Source: Kiritimatiellia bacterium (GTDB taxonomy: Bacteria > Verrucomicrobiota > Kiritimatiellia > RFP12 > JAVBOU01). From it: a stretch of DNA of 17,752 bases. The notes under the pieces are model-generated. The model searched no databases. It worked only from the letters and a program-made list of their open reading frames with translations, and was not told where the DNA came from. This document shows positions 8,961 through 15,757 of this stretch, in pieces (position 1 is the first letter of the stretch; every line of letters begins with the position of its first letter). The translations under genes were made by a program, and so were the position numbers. The stretch covers positions 1 to 17,752 of the forward strand of contig JAVBOU010000079.1 in NCBI GenBank assembly GCA_031550185.1. The letters are read 5' to 3'.

Positions 8961-9347
8961 TCAACCTTCGCTGATCACCGCCTGCGTGCCGGGGCGCAGG
9001 AGATGAAGGGGCAGCCAGCCGCTGGTGGCCTCGAGGACGGAGGCGGCGCGCAGGCCGCCATGGATGAGCAGGCGGTTGGGCGGGACGCTGTGACGGACAC
9101 CGACCACGCGTCGGGCACGGTCGAGGAAAACGAGGTCGAGCGGATAACGCATGCCAACGGTGTGGACGGAGTTGCAGCGCTCGATGAGCAACGCGTTGCC
9201 GCTCGGCGGCGCGGGATGAAAAAGCAATCCGCGCATCCGCTGGTGAAACCAAACCGCGCGCGCCAGCGACAGCGTGATCACGGGCAGCGTTTGATGGTCG
9301 GCGCCGACATCCGCGGCGAAGAACGTGAGGCTCAGCGAAAATTGCAC
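8961..9347 (-). CDS. DUF192-family protein (COG1430-like). The GTG start at 9347 is uncertain.
   Basis: The conserved DUF192 core ...NSVHTVGMRYPLDLVFLD... matches HT.GMRFP.D.IFLD. The ORF is 128 aa and co-directional with its neighbours. Confidence 0.6.
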   Translation of the reverse strand: MQFSLSLTFFAADVGADHQTLPVITLSLARAVWFHQRMRGLLFHPAPPSGNALLIERCNSVHTVGMRYPLDLVFLDRARRVVGVRHSVPPNRLLIHGGLRAASVLEATSGWLPLHLLRPGTQAVISEG

Positions 9348-9348
9348 G

Positions 9349-9510
9349 CTAGAAAATTCCTTTGACCAGGTCGATGAGAACCGGAAGCAAAAAAAGCAAC
9401 ATCACCAGCAACACCACACACGCGGACGCGGGCGAGATGTGAAAGAGAAGGTGCGGAATTTTTTTTGCCCCGGCATACCCGCGGACAAAAAATGACAGAA
9501 GCGGTTTCAT
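9349..9510 (-). CDS. Possible 53-aa small membrane protein (MKPLLSFFVRGYAGAKKIPHLLFHISPASACVVLLVMLLFLLPVLIDLVKGIF). It is below the ORF-track size cut-off.
   Basis: ATG at 9508-9510 and TAG at 9349-9351. There is one strongly hydrophobic helix. An AAGGA sits about 10 nt upstream of the ATG. The ORF fills the 225-nt gap downstream of leuS. There is no homology evidence, so this is weak. Confidence 0.25.
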   Translation of the reverse strand: MKPLLSFFVRGYAGAKKIPHLLFHISPASACVVLLVMLLFLLPVLIDLVKGIF

Positions 9511-9526
9511 TGAAACTTCATCCTTG

Positions 9527-9563
9527 CCGTGGCGTGGCAGAGGTCATGCTCTGCCACGAGCCG
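9527..9563. repeat. Degenerate copy of the CGTGGCGTGGCAG...CTGCCACGCCACG palindromic element, 10 nt past the leuS stop. The left arm is intact and the right arm decays to ...CTCTGCCACGagccg.
   Basis: CCGTGGCGTGGCAGAG-gtcatg-CTCTGCCACGAGCCG. The 16-nt left arm is identical to the other copies. No U-tract follows it on the minus strand. Confidence 0.6.
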
Positions 9564-9572
9564 CAATTCACG

Positions 9573-12083
9573 TTAGACCACGACGTTGACGAGGCGGTTG
9601 GGAACAGCGATGATTTTTTTCGGCGGCTGGCCGTTGAGGTGCGCTTGCACGTTGGCGTTGGCAAGGGCAAAGGCTTCGAGCTCTTCCTTTGTGGCATTGG
9701 GCGGGACTTCGAGTTTGCCGCGAACCTTGCCGTTGACCTGCAAAATGATTTCGACGGACTCGGGCTTGAGCGCGTCGTTGTCGGCAACGGGCCACGCCGC
9801 CTTCATGACGGACGTCGTGTTGCCAAGGTGCGCCCAAAGGTCCTCGGCGATATGCGGCGTGATCGGCGCAAGCAGGCGCAGCAAAACGCTGAAGAGCTGG
9901 CGCAGCATGGCGCGCGCGTTGGCGGTGCTGTTGGCGTCGATCGTGGTTTGGTCGAGCGCGTTGAGCAGCTCCATCAAGTGCGCGATCGCGGTGTTGAAAC
10001 GGAAGCCGTTTTCAATGGACGCCGTGACGTTGACAATGGTCTCGTGAAGCTTGCGGTTCAAGGCGCGCTCGGGCGCGGTGAGCTGCGCGTGGACAAATGG
10101 TTCGTCGGTCTTGGGCAAAAATTCGCGCGCGTCGTACATGCGTTTCCACAAGCGGTTCAAAAAGCGGCAAGGCCCCTGGATGCCCGCGTCCTGCCATTCG
10201 GCGTCGAGCTCGGGCGGGCCGATGAAAAGCGTGTACAGGCGCACGGTGTCGGCGCCGTAGTTTTCGATGAGGTGGTCGGGCGACACGGTGTTGCCGACGG
10301 ACTTCGACATTTTGTAAAGGCCGACCTTGCCGTCCTTCTCGCCGCGCTTGCAAATCATACCCTGCGTGAAGAGCGCCTTGAAAGGTTCGGTGAAATTGCA
10401 CACGCCGGCGTCGTGAAGAATTTTGACAACGAAGCGCGAGTAAAGCAAGTGCAACACTGCGTGCTCGACGCCGCCGATGTACTGGTCAACGGGCAGCCAT
10501 TGGTTGGTGAGCTTCGAATCAAACGCCTGTTGCGTGTTGCGCGGATCGACGTAGCGCAAAAAATACCAGCATGAGCAGAGCCATTGCGCGAGCGTGTCGG
10601 TTTCGCGTTGCGCGGGCTTGTTGCAACGCGGGCAGGTGGTGTTGATGAAGCCCTCGTGATGCGCGAGCGGATTGCCCTGGTCGGAGGCAAAATCAATGTC
10701 GTCCGGCAGCAGCACGGGCAACTGGTCTTCCGGCACCGGCACCGCGCCGCAATCGGGACAATGCACGATTGGAATCGGCGCGCCCCAATAACGCTGACGC
10801 GCGACGTTCCAGTCGCGAATGCGGAAGGTGGTTTGCGGTTGCGCAAAGCCTTCCTTCGCGCCGTGCGCAATCATCGCGGGAATCGCCGCGGTGTTCGCCA
10901 TGCGGTCAAACGGGCCGGAATGCACGAGCGTGCCGGCGTCGACATACGCCTCCTTCAACGTGCCGGCGTTGAGCGAGTAGTCGGCGTTTTGAATCACGAC
11001 CTTGACCGGCAGGTCGTACATCTTCGCAAAATCAAAATCGCGCTGGTCGTGCGCGGGCACCGCCATGACGATGCCCGTGCCGTAATCCATCAGCACATAA
11101 TTCGTCACCCACAGCTCCGCCTTCGTGTCGCCGTTGAACGGATTGGTCACGTGGAAGCCGGTGAACACGCCCTCTTTTTTCGTCGTGTCCGCTGTGCGCT
11201 CGGAGGCCGGAATGCCCGCTTGTTTTTGAATGAACGCCTCGAGTTGTTCGCGGTTCGGCGAGTGCGCGAGCAGCTTGTGCAGCAGCGGATGATCGGGCGC
11301 GATGGCGACAAACGTCACGCCGAAAATCGTGTCCGGCCGCGTCGTGAAGACCGGGCACGCGTCGCATGTCTCCGTGATGCGAAACGCAATTTGCGCGCCC
11401 TGCGACTTGCCGATCCAGTTCGCCTGCATCTGCCGCACCTTCTCCGGCCACTGGTCGAGCTGGTTCATATCCTCCAGCAAACGGTCGGCGTACTGCGTGA
11501 TCTTGAAGAACCACTGGTTGATGTTTTTCTTCTCAACCACCTGCCCGCAACGGTCGCAACGCCCCTCCGACGTCACCTCCTCGTTCGCCAGGTTCGTGCA
11601 GAGCGGGCACCAGTTCACCGGCGCCATTTTCTGGTACGCGAGGCCGAGCTCGTGCGCCTTCAAAAACACCCATTGCGTCCAGCGGTAATACTCCGGGTGG
11701 CACGTCGCGATCTCGCGGCGCCAGTCATAACCAATGCCCCACGAGCGGATCTGCCGCTTCATCTGCTGGATGTTTTTGAGCGTCCATTCACGCGGATGCA
11801 CGTGGTACTTCTTCGCCGCGTTCTCCGCCGGCAGGCCGAACGCGTCCCACCCCATCGGCGAAAGCACGTTGTAGCCGTTCATCATCTTGTAGCGCGTCAG
11901 CACGTCGCCCATGATGTAATTGCGGCCGTGGCCCACGTGCATCGAGCCCGACGGATACGGGAACATCGTCAGGCAGTAAAACTTCTTCCTCGCGTCCGCC
12001 GTGTCGCACGCGAACGTGCCGTCCGCCTCCCAGCGGGCCTGCCATTGGGGTTCGATTTCGTGAAAGGGGTATTTCTCTTGCAT
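9573..12083 (-). CDS. leuS: Leucyl-tRNA synthetase, 836 aa from ATG 12081-12083. The track ORF carries a spurious 67-codon upstream extension.
   Basis: It is a class I aaRS. The HIGH motif appears as [15 protein letters not shown]. The KMSKS motif is present (..[12 protein letters not shown]). The CP1 editing region and the leucyl-specific zinc-knuckle cysteines (CPRCNKP, CPDCG) are present. The N-terminal [18 protein letters not shown] is the canonical LeuRS start. Confidence 0.95.
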   Translation of the reverse strand: MQEKYPFHEIEPQWQARWEADGTFACDTADARKKFYCLTMFPYPSGSMHVGHGRNYIMGDVLTRYKMMNGYNVLSPMGWDAFGLPAENAAKKYHVHPREWTLKNIQQMKRQIRSWGIGYDWRREIATCHPEYYRWTQWVFLKAHELGLAYQKMAPVNWCPLCTNLANEEVTSEGRCDRCGQVVEKKNINQWFFKITQYADRLLEDMNQLDQWPEKVRQMQANWIGKSQGAQIAFRITETCDACPVFTTRPDTIFGVTFVAIAPDHPLLHKLLAHSPNREQLEAFIQKQAGIPASERTADTTKKEGVFTGFHVTNPFNGDTKAELWVTNYVLMDYGTGIVMAVPAHDQRDFDFAKMYDLPVKVVIQNADYSLNAGTLKEAYVDAGTLVHSGPFDRMANTAAIPAMIAHGAKEGFAQPQTTFRIRDWNVARQRYWGAPIPIVHCPDCGAVPVPEDQLPVLLPDDIDFASDQGNPLAHHEGFINTTCPRCNKPAQRETDTLAQWLCSCWYFLRYVDPRNTQQAFDSKLTNQWLPVDQYIGGVEHAVLHLLYSRFVVKILHDAGVCNFTEPFKALFTQGMICKRGEKDGKVGLYKMSKSVGNTVSPDHLIENYGADTVRLYTLFIGPPELDAEWQDAGIQGPCRFLNRLWKRMYDAREFLPKTDEPFVHAQLTAPERALNRKLHETIVNVTASIENGFRFNTAIAHLMELLNALDQTTIDANSTANARAMLRQLFSVLLRLLAPITPHIAEDLWAHLGNTTSVMKAAWPVADNDALKPESVEIILQVNGKVRGKLEVPPNATKEELEAFALANANVQAHLNGQPPKKIIAVPNRLVNVVV

Positions 12084-12159
12084 GGTCAAAACTTCCGGTG
12101 AAAAACGTCGCGCATTATCGCCGAAACGCCTGTGCCTAGCAAGCGCATTCAACGAAACC

Positions 12160-12248
12160 GGGAGCGCCGGCGTCCCGCCGGAGAAAGGTGTGCGCCACCA
12201 TGGCGTTTGTTCCACGCCTCGCGGTGCCGGCGAGACGCCGGCGCTCCC
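12160..12248 (-). promoter_or_regulatory. Long structured element in the leuS 5' leader: a perfect 15-bp inverted repeat (GGGAGCGCCGGCGTC / GACGCCGGCGCTCCC) extended by a 6-bp helix, enclosing two small hairpins
   Basis: Arms at 12160-12174 and 12234-12248. The inner pair is CGCCGG / CCGGCG. The inner hairpins are CGCCA-cca-TGGCG and GGCGT-ttgttcc-ACGCC. The element lies between the terminator hairpin at 12259-12291 and the leuS ATG at 12083. Confidence 0.45.
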
Positions 12249-12258
12249 AGGTAAAATA

Positions 12259-12291
12259 CCGTGGCGTGGCAAAGGTCGTGCCACGCCACGG
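12259..12291 (-). terminator. Palindromic-repeat family copy: CCGTGGCGTGGCA-aaggtcg-TGCCACGCCACGG. It is a probable intrinsic terminator for the small ORF at 12331-12690. A UAUUUUAC tract follows it on the minus strand.
   Basis: The arms are a perfect 13 bp with a 7-nt loop. It lies 40 nt downstream of the stop at 12331. On the minus strand the stem is followed by TATTTTAC. The shared flank GCGCCGGAATC lies on its plus-strand 3' side (12291-12301). Confidence 0.6.
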
Positions 12292-12330
12292 CGCCGGAAT
12301 CACGACAAGCGCGAATCATGAGCGCATGCG

Positions 12331-12690
12331 TTATTCCTGATCTTTCTCAAAAGCAATCACGAATGAGTCAGTCTCATTTTTGTAAAAAATCAGCAACTTG
12401 ATGAAGGCGTTGGAATAGGTTTTTTCATGAGGGACGCCATCGGTTATCCAACCGGCTTCGACGGTGCCTCCCTTGTTTCCACCGCCCTCACATGACAGGA
12501 CCGCTTGGTACTCGCCGGTTTCGCCCAAGACTTCCTTTTTCGTCCAACCTTCACTTTCGGCTTTTCTCACGAAGCGCTTCCATTCGGTCTTCGGTTTGTT
12601 GTGGCTGGCAATCAATAGAAACACAACGATTGGCAGAAGCAAAAGCATGCAGCAATACGGAATCCAGGCGTCTTTGATTTTCATGAACAT
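12331..12690 (-). CDS. Low-GC small membrane-anchored protein of unknown function, about 119 aa starting from ATG at 12690. The track ORF reaches back to GTG at 12738.
   Basis: GC is about 47% against about 62% in the neighbouring genes. The N-terminal helix is IPYCCMLLLLPIVVFLLIA, followed by a hydrophilic Lys/Glu-rich domain. Copies of the palindromic repeat flank it on both sides. A putative promoter TTGACT-N17-TTATGT lies just upstream. Confidence 0.5.
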   Translation of the reverse strand: MFMKIKDAWIPYCCMLLLLPIVVFLLIASHNKPKTEWKRFVRKAESEGWTKKEVLGETGEYQAVLSCEGGGNKGGTVEAGWITDGVPHEKTYSNAFIKLLIFYKNETDSFVIAFEKDQE

Positions 12691-12716
12691 TTTCCAAAGG
12701 TTTGCGGACAAACGGA

Positions 12717-12745
12717 ACATAACACAGACTTGACGCAAAAGTCAA
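12717..12745 (-). promoter_or_regulatory. Putative sigma70-like promoter for the small low-GC ORF. The -35 TTGACT is at 12745-12740. The -10 TTATGT is at 12722-12717. The spacer is 17 nt.
   Basis: The minus-strand sequence is TTGACTtttgcgtcaagtctgtgTTATGT. It lies immediately downstream of the terminator-like palindrome at 12754-12786. Confidence 0.35.
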
Positions 12746-12753
12746 AACGCGCG

Positions 12754-12786
12754 CCGTGGCGTGGCAAAGCCTGTGCCACGCCACCG
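12754..12786 (-). terminator. Palindromic-repeat family copy: CCGTGGCGTGGCA-aagcctg-TGCCACGCCACcG. It is a probable intrinsic terminator for the murC-like gene. CGCGCGUUUUGACUUUUG follows it on the minus strand.
   Basis: The arms are 13 bp with one mismatch. It lies about 100 nt downstream of the stop at 12884. The plus-strand 3'-flank GCGCCGGAATC (12787-12797) is shared with the copy at 12259-12291. Confidence 0.6.
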
Positions 12787-12883
12787 CACCGCGCCGGAAT
12801 CCGGACAGGCGTTTGCTCTTTGCACATGACCTTTGGAATTCACGCTTGTCGTGAGCCCGGCGGTCGCGCCCCACCTTTTGGCG

Positions 12884-14179
12884 CTACATCACAAGCCGGC
12901 GCGCGAGGCGCGGCAGGCCGGGGTCGCGCGCGCCGAGGATGAGCAGCGCGCCGGCGTGGCGGGAGGCGTCGCGCAGGGCGTCGTGCGCGGCGTCGAGCGT
13001 CGGCACGACGTGGCACGGCACGCCCTTTGCCACGAGCGCCGTGGCAAGGGTCTCGCTGTTGACACCGCGGTCCGCGGTGCCGCCCGCGTCGTAGACCGGC
13101 AGCAAAAACAATTGGTCGCCCGGACGCATGACGCGCGGAAACATTTCCACAAGCTGCGGCAACATTTTGCGCAGCGGGCCAAACCCGTGCGGACGCCAGA
13201 CCGCGGCCACGGGCGCGTGGCACGCGGCCACGGTCTGCCACGCGGCGGCGAGTTTTTCGGGATTGTGCGCGTAGTCGTCGATCACCGCCGCATGGTTGCA
13301 AAATCCGTGGCGTTGCAAACGCCGCTCCACGCCCGGGAACGTCGCCAGCCCGCGTGACGCGATTTCCGGCGCGACACCCGCGAGCGTGGCAAGGCGCGCG
13401 GCGTGCCACGCGTTCTGGACGTTGTGCACCCCCGGCATGGGCAGCGTGAAATCGACGCCCTGCCAGCGGAAGCGACTCCCCCATCCTTCCGCCACAATCG
13501 CCCCGGGTTTGTCGTTTTCATGAATGCCGTCGATCAAAACGCCGGTCACGTTTTTGCGGAACGCGTCGAACAGCGCCAGCGTCTCGTCGAGCCCGAAGTG
13601 GTCGGCCGAGGCGTTGGTGATCACCGCGATCTCCGGCTTGAAAACCGTGAGCGACTTGTCCGACTCGTCGACCTCGACCACGCACCATTCGCCCTGCCCC
13701 TTGCGCACGGAGCCGATGCGGCCGCCGGTCATCCAACCCGTGATCTCCGCGCCGTTGACGACCATGGGATCAAGCCCCGCCTCCTGCAAAATCCAGCCCG
13801 TCATCGCCGTCACCGTGCTCTTGCCGCACGTCCCCGCGACCGCGATCAGGCGGCGTCCGCGCGTGATCTCCGCGAGCTGCTCCGCGCGATGCACGATGGG
13901 CGTCCCGCGTTCCGTCGCCGCGCGGATCTCCGGGTTGTCCGTTTCGACCGCGGTGCTGACGACCAAGCGCGACGCCTCCCCCACCCCGCTGCCGTCCTGT
14001 TTGAACAGCGCGACGCCCTGTTCGCGCAACCGCCGCAACACATCCGTCTCGTCGCCCGCGTCCAGCAGCCGGTCCGAACCGGAAACCGCCGCGCCCTGGT
14101 CAATCAACGCCTGCGCCAGCGCGCTCATGCCGACGCCGCCAATGCCCGCCAAATGATAACGAAATTCCATAATCGCCAA
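12884..14179 (-). CDS. murC: UDP-N-acetylmuramate--L-alanine ligase (MurC-like Mur ligase). The Mpl murein-recycling ligase is not fully excluded.
   Basis: The N-terminal blocks HLAGIGGVGMSALAQAL, LVVSTAVETDNPEI..PIVHRAEQLAEI and AVAGTCGKSTVTAMTGWILQEAGLDPMVVNG align closely to E. coli MurC ([75 protein letters not shown]). The VEVDESD acidic motif is present. The Mur-ligase C-terminal domain is present (DDYAHNP). Confidence 0.75.
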   Translation of the reverse strand: MAIMEFRYHLAGIGGVGMSALAQALIDQGAAVSGSDRLLDAGDETDVLRRLREQGVALFKQDGSGVGEASRLVVSTAVETDNPEIRAATERGTPIVHRAEQLAEITRGRRLIAVAGTCGKSTVTAMTGWILQEAGLDPMVVNGAEITGWMTGGRIGSVRKGQGEWCVVEVDESDKSLTVFKPEIAVITNASADHFGLDETLALFDAFRKNVTGVLIDGIHENDKPGAIVAEGWGSRFRWQGVDFTLPMPGVHNVQNAWHAARLATLAGVAPEIASRGLATFPGVERRLQRHGFCNHAAVIDDYAHNPEKLAAAWQTVAACHAPVAAVWRPHGFGPLRKMLPQLVEMFPRVMRPGDQLFLLPVYDAGGTADRGVNSETLATALVAKGVPCHVVPTLDAAHDALRDASRHAGALLILGARDPGLPRLARRLVM

Positions 14180-14342
14180 AGTTTACCAAAAAATCCCGCC
14201 TTTCCCATCGAAAACCGCATTGTGACACTTTTTCGTTTTTGTCTTGAACTCGCGCACCGCTTATGCTTTACTAACGTCCATCTTTTTGAGCCGCCTGTTT
14301 TGTATGGCAGGAGACACGGCACAACAAACCCCCAGGAGTCTT

Positions 14343-15515
14343 ATGCGTCGTACTCACGTCCCCGCGCTGCTCGCGGCCCTCACCGCGTCAACACTGGCCC
14401 ATGGCGCCGGTTTTGCCATCTACGAATGGTCACCCAGCTTCAACGCCACCGGCGGCACGCTCATTGGTAACCCCGTCGACGCCGCCACCGCGTTCATCAA
14501 CCCCGCCGGCATGACCCAGCTCCCCGGCACGCACTTCCTCCTTGGCGCCAGCGCCATCTTCCCCAGCTCCACCACGCAGGTCGGCCCTTACCCGACCGAC
14601 ATGAAGTCCGACTCCTTCTACATTCCCGAAATCTACGCCACCACCCAGCTCGGCGACCGCACCTGGCTCGGTTTCACCACCACCACCGAATTCGGCCTCG
14701 GCACAAAATATCCCAAGGGCTGGATCGGCGACTGGTCCAACGTCAAAACCACCATCGAGTCCGTCACCCTTTCGCCCACCATGGCCCACGCGATCACCGA
14801 CTCGCTCTCACTCGGCTTCGGTCCGCGCTTCATCTACCTCGACTTCCGCAACCAGCGCAACATCGGCGCCCCCTTCTCACTCAAAGGCGACGGCTGGGGC
14901 GTCGGCGCCAGCGCCTCCCTGCTCTGGAAGATCACCGACACCGTAAACTTCGGTCTCACCTACCGCAGCGACGTCAAGCAAAGCGTCCGCGGCACCGCCC
15001 ATTCCTTCGTCCCCGGCTACACCGGCCGCGCCGGCGCCAACGTCCATCTGCCCGCCGCCACCACCGCCGGCCTCAACTGGCAGGCCACCGAAAAGCTCAA
15101 CCTCGGCGTCTCCGCCACCTTCACCGAATGGTCCTCCTACGACGAGCTCTACATCAAAATCAACGAACTCGGCACCCCCGCCCGCAAAGACTGGGACAAC
15201 GTCTGGCGCCTTGGCATCGGCGCGCGCTACGGCCTCACCGACGCCGTCACCCTCATGGCCGGCTACGTCTACGACCAGGACCCCATCAACAACGACTTTG
15301 CCGACTACATGCTTCCCGCCGGCAACCGCCACATCCTCGGCGGCGGCGTCACCTACGCCATCGACAGCAACTGGGAGATCACCCTCGCCTATTCCTACAT
15401 CTACATGGAGACCGAGTTCGCCTACGTCCACGCCCCCACCGGCGCCATCCTTCCCACCAAGTACAAGGACTCCGACGCGCACGTCCTCTCCACCTCGATC
15501 GCGTACAAATTCTAA
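14343..15515 (+). CDS. FadL/OmpP1/TodX-family outer-membrane hydrophobic-compound transporter (beta-barrel). The start was moved to ATG 14343.
   Basis: An AGGAG SD lies 9 nt upstream of ATG 14343. The signal peptide MRRTHVPALLAALTASTLAHG is followed by GAGFAIYEW, which matches the FadL N-terminal hatch motif AGFQLNE. The protein shows an alternating amphipathic beta-strand pattern rich in G/Y/T. The C-terminal ...AYKF ends in an aromatic residue, the OMP signature. There are about 390 residues from ATG 14343. Confidence 0.8.
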   Translation: MRRTHVPALLAALTASTLAHGAGFAIYEWSPSFNATGGTLIGNPVDAATAFINPAGMTQLPGTHFLLGASAIFPSSTTQVGPYPTDMKSDSFYIPEIYATTQLGDRTWLGFTTTTEFGLGTKYPKGWIGDWSNVKTTIESVTLSPTMAHAITDSLSLGFGPRFIYLDFRNQRNIGAPFSLKGDGWGVGASASLLWKITDTVNFGLTYRSDVKQSVRGTAHSFVPGYTGRAGANVHLPAATTAGLNWQATEKLNLGVSATFTEWSSYDELYIKINELGTPARKDWDNVWRLGIGARYGLTDAVTLMAGYVYDQDPINNDFADYMLPAGNRHILGGGVTYAIDSNWEITLAYSYIYMETEFAYVHAPTGAILPTKYKDSDAHVLSTSIAYKF

Positions 15516-15537
15516 CCCGTCCCAATTTCATGTGTGT

Positions 15538-15568
15538 TCGTGGCGTGGCAGGACTCCTGCCACGCCAC
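15538..15568 (+). terminator. Palindromic-repeat family copy: tCGTGGCGTGGCAGGA-c-TCCTGCCACGCCACaa. It is a probable intrinsic terminator for the FadL-like gene. AAAUUUUAAUG follows it on the plus strand.
   Basis: It starts 23 nt after the stop at 15515. The stem is about 15 bp and nearly perfect. An A/T-rich U-tract follows on the plus strand. Confidence 0.55.
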
Positions 15569-15665
15569 AAATTTTAATGTAAGACAGACGACGCCAATCC
15601 TTTTCCTCCCTCCGTGTTCGTCTGTTATAGTGAATTTACACGACATTGGCACAGTCTGCTCTTTA

Positions 15666-15713
15666 CCCAACGGGGTTGCCTCGTGAGCGGCCTCATCAGA
15701 GAACCCCGTTGGG
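15666..15713. other. Perfect 12-bp inverted repeat (CCCAACGGGGTT-N24-AACCCCGTTGGG) in the convergent intergenic region
   Basis: The arms are at 15666-15677 and 15702-15713. The loop holds the direct sub-repeat GCCTCgtgag / GCCTCatcag. No U-tract follows on either strand. It lies 45 nt from the ATPase stop. Confidence 0.4.
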
Positions 15714-15757
15714 GTTGTGTGGAGTGTGACAATGTTGATGAGAAACACTATAAATCT

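Noticed and set aside
12259-12797. The palindromes flanking the low-GC ORF as integron attC sites
   Set aside because: The R'' (RYYYAAC) and R' (GTTRRRY) core sites are absent. The elements are perfect symmetric palindromes, not the imperfect bulged attC structures. No intI gene or attI site is in view.
13005-13245. Partial look-alikes of the palindrome inside the murC coding region (GCGTGGCACGCGG...CTGCCACGCGG and GTGGCACGGCACGCC)
   Set aside because: The matches are only 7-9 bp and imperfect. The GTGGCA/TGCCAC units encode common Val-Ala and Cys-His dipeptides in a GC-rich gene, so chance is the likelier explanation. They are not counted as family members.
14180-14342. A CRP-like TGTGA half-site and possible -35/-10 boxes in the divergent murC/fadL intergenic region
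   Set aside because: There is no matching TCACA half-site at the correct spacing. Several weak promoter-like hexamers are equally plausible, so none can be supported from sequence alone.
15678-15713. A hammerhead-ribozyme-like CUGAUGAG string on the minus strand inside the 12-bp hairpin loop
   Set aside because: The rest of the hammerhead core is missing. The GAAA after stem II is absent, stem II would be only 3 bp, and the stem III/cleavage-site geometry is not formed.
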